Below, one piece after another: positions 58,835 to 64,000 of a stretch of 64,000 nucleotides of DNA. Source of the DNA: a virus (lineage: Duplodnaviria; Heunggongvirae; Uroviricota; Caudoviricetes); IMG/VR virus record IMGVR_UViG_3300032007_000002; one strand, 5' to 3'. The position numbers and the translations under genes are program-made. Every line of letters begins with the position of its first letter. The stretch's first letter is position 1. A model generated the notes under the pieces. It was not told the DNA's origin. It saw only the letters and a list, made by a program, of their open reading frames with translations, and did not search any database.

Positions 58835-60210
58835 TGCAGCCCGGGTATTTGACAGAGCCGAGGGTGACGTCGTACCCGTATGTGGGGAACCGCCTGGTCG
58901 TTATCGACTGGGCTTCCCTTTCGTACCACCTGATGTTCTCCATGAAGACACCCGCTGCCAAGAAGACCCTCGGACTTATGGGTGCGGACGACGAACTTCT
59001 CAGGTGGCGTAACATGATGTTCCAGCGTGTCCTTGACTACATCGCGCTGTTCAACCCGCGCCAGCTCATCTTCGCCCTTGAAGGCAAGCACGCGTGGCGC
59101 AAACAGTTCGTCAAGGACTATTACGCCGAACATGCCGACGTCTATGTGGACAAGAAATATTACTACGTGTGCTCGGACAACTACGCATACGCGGTAAGGC
59201 TCCTGTCCACTGACGAGGACGGTGGCCGGAATTTCGAGGTGACGCCCATCAAGGCGAAAGAACGCGATTTCTTGCAGGATCCGACGAAGATTACCGCGCA
59301 CCGCAAGCTCGGCAAGCTCCCGAAGGAGAAGCAGGAGATGCTGTGGGACATCACCACGGATTCCGGCAAGCCGATTCTACCGGCATACAAGGGACAGCGA
59401 AAGAGCAAGGACTGGCCGTTCTTCGTGGAGAAGTCCTACTGGATGTCCTACAAGGACGAGTTCGCGAAGGAAATCGCCCCGGTGTTCCGTGCGCGGGCAA
59501 TCGGCGTGGATTGCGCGGAAGGTGACGACATCGTCTATGCCTCCGCCATGAAGTATGCGCCGCATTGCGATGACGTAATCATCATCACCCGCGACTCCGA
59601 CTTGAGCCAGATTGACCTCCCGAACCTCAAAATCTTCAACCATGTGTCGGAAACGTTTACCGTATGCAAGTACCCGAAGGCATACCTCGACGCGAAGGTG
59701 CTCTCGGGCGATACGTCCGATAACATTTCCGGCATGGCGTTCGTTGACGAGAAGACCGGCAAGTTCAAGCCCGGCAAGGCGAACCAGCTGGGCGAGCCGA
59801 CCGCGATCAAGCTGCTCGAAAACTGCTCTGCGGTTTACGACGTGGCCAAGGAGAACGGTTGGGCGGACCAGTATATGCGCAACAGGACCCTGATTGACCT
59901 CAGCATGGTCCCGCAGGACGTCAAGGATGTCATCACCGAGGCGATTTCCGCACCGGAACCGGAAGTTCCCGACGACCGTCCCATGGAGATGACCGGGATT
60001 TCCTCCGCCAGGGCGTCCACGGTGAAGCAGTTGCGCTCCTTCGGGTTCTACCTGCTGAACAACAAGGCCGACGTTGACCGCGATCCGTCCATCTTCAAGG
60101 CCGATGTCTACCGCAAGGAGGCGCCGACCCTGGGCGATAAGGTCAGTGAACAGGAGCTCGTGGACTTCGACAACATCGACATGTTCTCGGGTCCGGGCGT
60201 GTCCTTCTAG
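58834..60210 (+). CDS. rnh: T4 RNase H-like 5'-3' exonuclease / flap endonuclease
   Basis: VIDW, WRK, YKGQRK, EGDDI, RDSDLSQ, GDTSDNI, RNRTLIDL. Confidence 0.92.
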   Translation: MQPGYLTEPRVTSYPYVGNRLVVIDWASLSYHLMFSMKTPAAKKTLGLMGADDELLRWRNMMFQRVLDYIALFNPRQLIFALEGKHAWRKQFVKDYYAEHADVYVDKKYYYVCSDNYAYAVRLLSTDEDGGRNFEVTPIKAKERDFLQDPTKITAHRKLGKLPKEKQEMLWDITTDSGKPILPAYKGQRKSKDWPFFVEKSYWMSYKDEFAKEIAPVFRARAIGVDCAEGDDIVYASAMKYAPHCDDVIIITRDSDLSQIDLPNLKIFNHVSETFTVCKYPKAYLDAKVLSGDTSDNISGMAFVDEKTGKFKPGKANQLGEPTAIKLLENCSAVYDVAKENGWADQYMRNRTLIDLSMVPQDVKDVITEAISAPEPEVPDDRPMEMTGISSARASTVKQLRSFGFYLLNNKADVDRDPSIFKADVYRKEAPTLGDKVSEQELVDFDNIDMFSGPGVSF

Positions 60211-60250
60211 TCAAAAACCTAGTTTTCGTGGAAAAGAAAAGGTTGACGAT

Positions 60251-61873
60251 ATGTACCTTAACTGTCTTCTCCACGTATCGGGCGAACGCCCGTTAGAACT
60301 TACCGAGTGGCTGGATTTCCACCTTGCCCTCGGTTTTGACTGTGTCTATGTCTACGATTCGGGGAACCGCCCCTGGATTGACGGCATTTGCGAACGTTAT
60401 GGCGAAAAGGTGCGCCTCATGCCCCGTATCGAGGGCGGGTGGACCAAGCGCCGTGACATCGTGGCCGACCACCTTTCCAAGCGCAAGAGCCCGGAATGGT
60501 GTATCTGCCTCATGGACAACGAATACGTGTGGATTGACTTCCGCCAGGTGCGCTCGCTCAAGGACTATATCCAGATAGCCGGTATGAGAACCCGCAGCAG
60601 GGCAATCACCGGCTATTTCGTCTATATGGGCGCCAAGAACCCGATGCCGAACCGCGTAGGTTCCGTCATCGACTGCTTCACCCACACTCGCCCGAACCCG
60701 CAGGGCAAGGTCGCGCCGAACGGCAAGACGCTTTTCGGTGGCGAAACCTTCTTCCTTTATGATCGCATGGGCATGCAGCCTCTCGCCGGTCCTATCCAGC
60801 CTACCTGCGCTGAATGGGTTGACGGCAACGGGGCCCGTCTGACGAAGCAGGCGCTCGATGCGGCAAACGCAAACGGCTTCAACTCCCTCAACTACGCGAT
60901 GCGTATTTACAAGTACGCGGTGCTTTCCGACAAGGAAATGAACTATGCCGTGGGTGAGGAACGCCCGGTCGGCTATACCCAGCTCGACCTCTCCATGCAG
61001 AACCTCCGCAAGTTCCTTCTCGGCGCACCGGTGGTGGAAGAGTCAGAAACGCTTTTCACCAAGCCGGCTGACTTCGACGAGGCTGCGGACGCAGTGAAGA
61101 ACGGTCCGGCCCGCACCGACACCCTGTTCGACGTGAACCTCCCGGGTCTCCCGATTACCCGCGCAAAGCTCGACCAGCTCATCCTCGAAGGCAACTACTA
61201 CGAGGACGTGGTCGAATACCTGAACGCCCGCGGCATCGAGTTCAACCAGGACATCCTTCTCAACGCGTTCGACAAGGAACGCCAGACCATTATTGACAGC
61301 TCCCCGGTATATCGCCAGGTGCAGGAACTGATCGACGACGGTCGCTCCGTCAAGGAAATCTCCAAGATTACCGGTATCGCCGAAGTGACCCTTGACCGCA
61401 TGTCCGCTGCGTTGAAGGTCCTTGATATCAGGACCGGCGTCATCACGGAAGATGTCATCGCCAAGGCAGTCGGCGCATTCGAGGAAGCCGAGGAAAAGGC
61501 CATGTCCGCAAAGGAAATCGAGCAGAACGATGCCCGGTTTGCCGAAGTCAACGCGAAGCGTGCAGCCGCGCAGAAGAAGTCCCGCGAGAACCGCGCCTTG
61601 AAGAAGGCGGGCAAGCAGGTTCAGAAGAAGACCGCCGAAGACGACCTCCCCATGGACATCCTCTCCAGCGGCGAGCAGGGAGCCCTCGACAAGGCCCTTG
61701 ACGCGCTCGGAACGGACGACGACATGCCGAGTGCGGAAGCCATCGCGGCAATCGAGGAAACCCACGAGGAAAAGGCACCGGTGACGGTAGTCATCGACCC
61801 GGTGGTTCCCGAGACGCCCGCCCCGGTCGTCGAAGCCCCGGCTGCCCCTGCCCCGAAGAAGGGTAAGAAATAG
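60251..61873 (+). CDS. GT92/GT2-like glycosyltransferase-fold domain fused to a C-terminal HTH and a disordered tail
   Basis: EWLDFHLALGFDCVYVYDS and WCICLMDNEYV; HTH VQELIDDGRSVKEISKITGIAEVTLDRM; class 2 motif at 60214-60227. Confidence 0.7.
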   Translation: MYLNCLLHVSGERPLELTEWLDFHLALGFDCVYVYDSGNRPWIDGICERYGEKVRLMPRIEGGWTKRRDIVADHLSKRKSPEWCICLMDNEYVWIDFRQVRSLKDYIQIAGMRTRSRAITGYFVYMGAKNPMPNRVGSVIDCFTHTRPNPQGKVAPNGKTLFGGETFFLYDRMGMQPLAGPIQPTCAEWVDGNGARLTKQALDAANANGFNSLNYAMRIYKYAVLSDKEMNYAVGEERPVGYTQLDLSMQNLRKFLLGAPVVEESETLFTKPADFDEAADAVKNGPARTDTLFDVNLPGLPITRAKLDQLILEGNYYEDVVEYLNARGIEFNQDILLNAFDKERQTIIDSSPVYRQVQELIDDGRSVKEISKITGIAEVTLDRMSAALKVLDIRTGVITEDVIAKAVGAFEEAEEKAMSAKEIEQNDARFAEVNAKRAAAQKKSRENRALKKAGKQVQKKTAEDDLPMDILSSGEQGALDKALDALGTDDDMPSAEAIAAIEETHEEKAPVTVVIDPVVPETPAPVVEAPAAPAPKKGKK

Positions 61874-61887
61874 CATCCTCCGGGAAA

Positions 61888-61929
61888 TTTGCTATATTTT
61901 AGTGCGTAGCAATGTGCTGCGCACTTTTT
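61888..61929 (+). promoter_or_regulatory. Class 1 promoter overlapped by a terminator-like hairpin
   Basis: TTTGCTATATTT followed by AGTGCGTAGCA-ATG-TGCTGCGCACT and TTTT. Confidence 0.65.
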
Positions 61930-61943
61930 ATATAAGGTTAAAT

Positions 61944-64000
61944 ATGTCCCAAATCAAATTCAAGAAGCTCACATTCAGAAATTTCATGTCCTACGGGAAC
62001 ACCACGAACACGTTCGAGTTCAAGGACGGCCTGATTATGTGCTACGGCTCCAACGGTTTCGGCAAGTCCACGATCGTCGAGGCGCTCAACTTCGCGCTCT
62101 ACGGCAACTCCTACCGTGGCGGCAACAAGCCGGACCTCATCAACACGATGAACCCGGGTGCCGAACTCAGCGTGGAACTTGAATTTGCCATTTGCAAGCC
62201 TGGTACCGAGGAATGGCAGGACTGCCGCGTTATCAGGACGATGAAGGCCGGCGAAAAGAACGCCAAGGGCGAAAAGACGGTCAAGAGCAAGTTTGACCTC
62301 TTCCTCCTCGAAGACGATAGGTGGATCGTACAGAACAAGCGTGCCGGTTTCTCCCAGGACGACTTCGAGGAGAACTACCTCGGGTTCAACGAGACGCTCT
62401 TCAAGAGCAGCATCGCCTTCAATACGCAGGAAGCACAGCCGTTCATGTCGCTTCCGGCCCAGAAACGCCGTGACATCACCGAAAGCCTCATCATGATGCA
62501 GCTCGGTCCGTGGAAGAAGGCCAACAACAAGCGCCTCAACGAGGCCACCATCGCGTTCGACGTTGCTTCCAACGAATACAAGCGTCTTAACGAGACCATT
62601 GCCAACCTGGACCAGATACTTGTCCAGATGAAGGAAGAAAAGAAGGGCAACATTGCCGACATGAAGGCCGAAATCGAGCGAAACAACGCCCAGATTGAAG
62701 CCAACAAGGTCGAAGCGGCTTCAACTTTGACGCCGATTGCCGGTCATGAGCAGAAGATTGCCCTCATTCAGCAGCAGATTGACCAAAAGAACGCCGAAAA
62801 TGCCACAAAGCAGTCTGAAATTGACGGCATTGATGCAAAAAACAAGGAACTGAACACAAAGATCGTGTCGGAAACCGAGTTGAACAACCGAATTCGGGTT
62901 CTCGAAAACGGAAAGAACGCCGTTGCGATGAAGTCCAACTTCGAAACTGCATTAAATTGCGCAAAGTCTCGTCTGGCATCGGTCGAAAGCGAATATGCTG
63001 CACTCGGCAAGGACGCAATCGTCGCCGAGAAGACTGAACTGGAAAAGCAGAAGCAGGCGGCCGGCAACCGCCGCAACGAAATCGGCAACCGTGCCACCAA
63101 GCTGACGACCGAAATCTCCTTCATCGACAGTAACATCAAAGAGCTTACTCGCCAGGCAAACGAATTGAAGGCCAAGGCCGAAGCAGTGAAACCGGGTGTC
63201 CCGTGTCCGCTCTGCGGAAAACCGTCCACGGAGGATGATGTCGAGCACACCAAGGCCGAGCTCAACAAGCAGCTTGACGGGCTTCGCGAGAAGTGCCGCG
63301 GCCTGGTTATCGACAAGAAGTCCAAGCAGTCCGAAATTACTAGCGGTGCCACCGAAATTGCCAACATTGACGCCAATGTTGCCCAGATTGACCAGCGCCT
63401 TACCGAAATCGGGTTCAAGATTTCCGAAATCGGCGTGTTCGAAAACAGTTCGCTCTATCCGGCAAGGGCTGCCGTGAAGAACGCCCAGGACAGCTATGAC
63501 GGCTGCCTTGAAACGATTGCAAAAATGGGCATCGAGGTCAGCGCCATCGAGAGCGAGCTCGCCTCGATTTCCGCCTCGTTCGCAAACAACAATGCGATCC
63601 GTGAAGAAATCCACATGAACAACGATGCCATATCGCAGATCCGCACGGCAATCGCATCCAACGGCATAACAATTTCCGACCTCAAGGGAGAAATCAACGA
63701 AATCCGTTCAACGATTTCTTCTATCCGCTCCCAGCACGACAGCATCCTTTCCCGCAACACGCAGATTGAGGATCGCAACTCCGACATTGCGAAGAAGATT
63801 GCCGAAATGGAAAGCGCCGACGCAAGCGACGCTGTCGGGACGACGGAACGTAGCCTTGCTAATGCGAAGCGTGACCGCGATGCCGCCCGTGACCGCATGA
63901 ACGAAACGAGCGACACGAAGGCAATCTGCAATGCGATTACTGAACTCTGCGCCGATGACGGCATGAAGAAGATGGTGTTTGACGTGTTCATCCCGAGCTT
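61944..64000 (+). CDS. SbcC/Rad50-like recombination ATPase (gp46-like), truncated at the window edge
   Basis: Hand translation: FRNFMSYGN, Walker A GSNGFGKST, long coiled coil with a CPLCG zinc hook. Confidence 0.93.
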   Translation, partial: MSQIKFKKLTFRNFMSYGNTTNTFEFKDGLIMCYGSNGFGKSTIVEALNFALYGNSYRGGNKPDLINTMNPGAELSVELEFAICKPGTEEWQDCRVIRTMKAGEKNAKGEKTVKSKFDLFLLEDDRWIVQNKRAGFSQDDFEENYLGFNETLFKSSIAFNTQEAQPFMSLPAQKRRDITESLIMMQLGPWKKANNKRLNEATIAFDVASNEYKRLNETIANLDQILVQMKEEKKGNIADMKAEIERNNAQIEANKVEAASTLTPIAGHEQKIALIQQQIDQKNAENATKQSEIDGIDAKNKELNTKIVSETELNNRIRVLENGKNAVAMKSNFETALNCAKSRLASVESEYAALGKDAIVAEKTELEKQKQAAGNRRNEIGNRATKLTTEISFIDSNIKELTRQANELKAKAEAVKPGVPCPLCGKPSTEDDVEHTKAELNKQLDGLREKCRGLVIDKKSKQSEITSGATEIANIDANVAQIDQRLTEIGFKISEIGVFENSSLYPARAAVKNAQDSYDGCLETIAKMGIEVSAIESELASISASFANNNAIREEIHMNNDAISQIRTAIASNGITISDLKGEINEIRSTISSIRSQHDSILSRNTQIEDRNSDIAKKIAEMESADASDAVGTTERSLANAKRDRDAARDRMNETSDTKAICNAITELCADDGMKKMVFDVFIPS

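Noticed and set aside
1-64000. tRNA/rRNA genes, reverse transcriptase or DGR, integrase, transposase
   Set aside because: Intergenic gaps are short and accounted for by promoters and terminators; no cloverleaf, YxDD RT or recombinase motifs were seen. A tRNAscan/Infernal run would be needed to exclude small RNAs fully.

Overview
This 64-kb window is a gene-dense segment of a large T4-superfamily (jumbo-type, contractile-tailed) dsDNA phage genome read in the standard genetic code. It holds a nearly complete T4-like replication/recombination set: family B polymerase, gp44/gp62 clamp loader, gp45 clamp, gp41 helicase, gp61 primase, gp32 SSB, UvsX, UvsY, UvsW, RuvC-like resolvase, RNase H and the start of gp46/SbcC. 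It also carries dUTPase, a Dam-type methylase, DnaJ, a GNAT, tail sheath and tube, baseplate proteins and several very large uncharacterised late proteins. Gene orientation flips at ~38.1-38.3 kb: mostly minus strand to the left, all plus strand to the right. The flip sits at an AT-rich gap next to a small PolA/T7-RNAP-fold polymerase-like gene, which makes it a candidate origin plus initiator. Other highlights: (1) three glycosyltransferase-derived proteins with apparently decayed catalytic motifs, two of them fused to helix-turn-helix domains; (2) three distinct intergenic promoter-like motifs (TTTGCTATATTT, AACCTAGTTT, TATAAACT), one of which overlaps stop codons so that four unrelated proteins end in Lys-Thr; (3) a probable second, DnaN-like sliding clamp; (4) a gp32 with a bacterial-SSB-type tail; (5) a candidate +1 frameshift in a tail/baseplate chaperone. 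All protein assignments come from motif recognition by eye; no searches were run.
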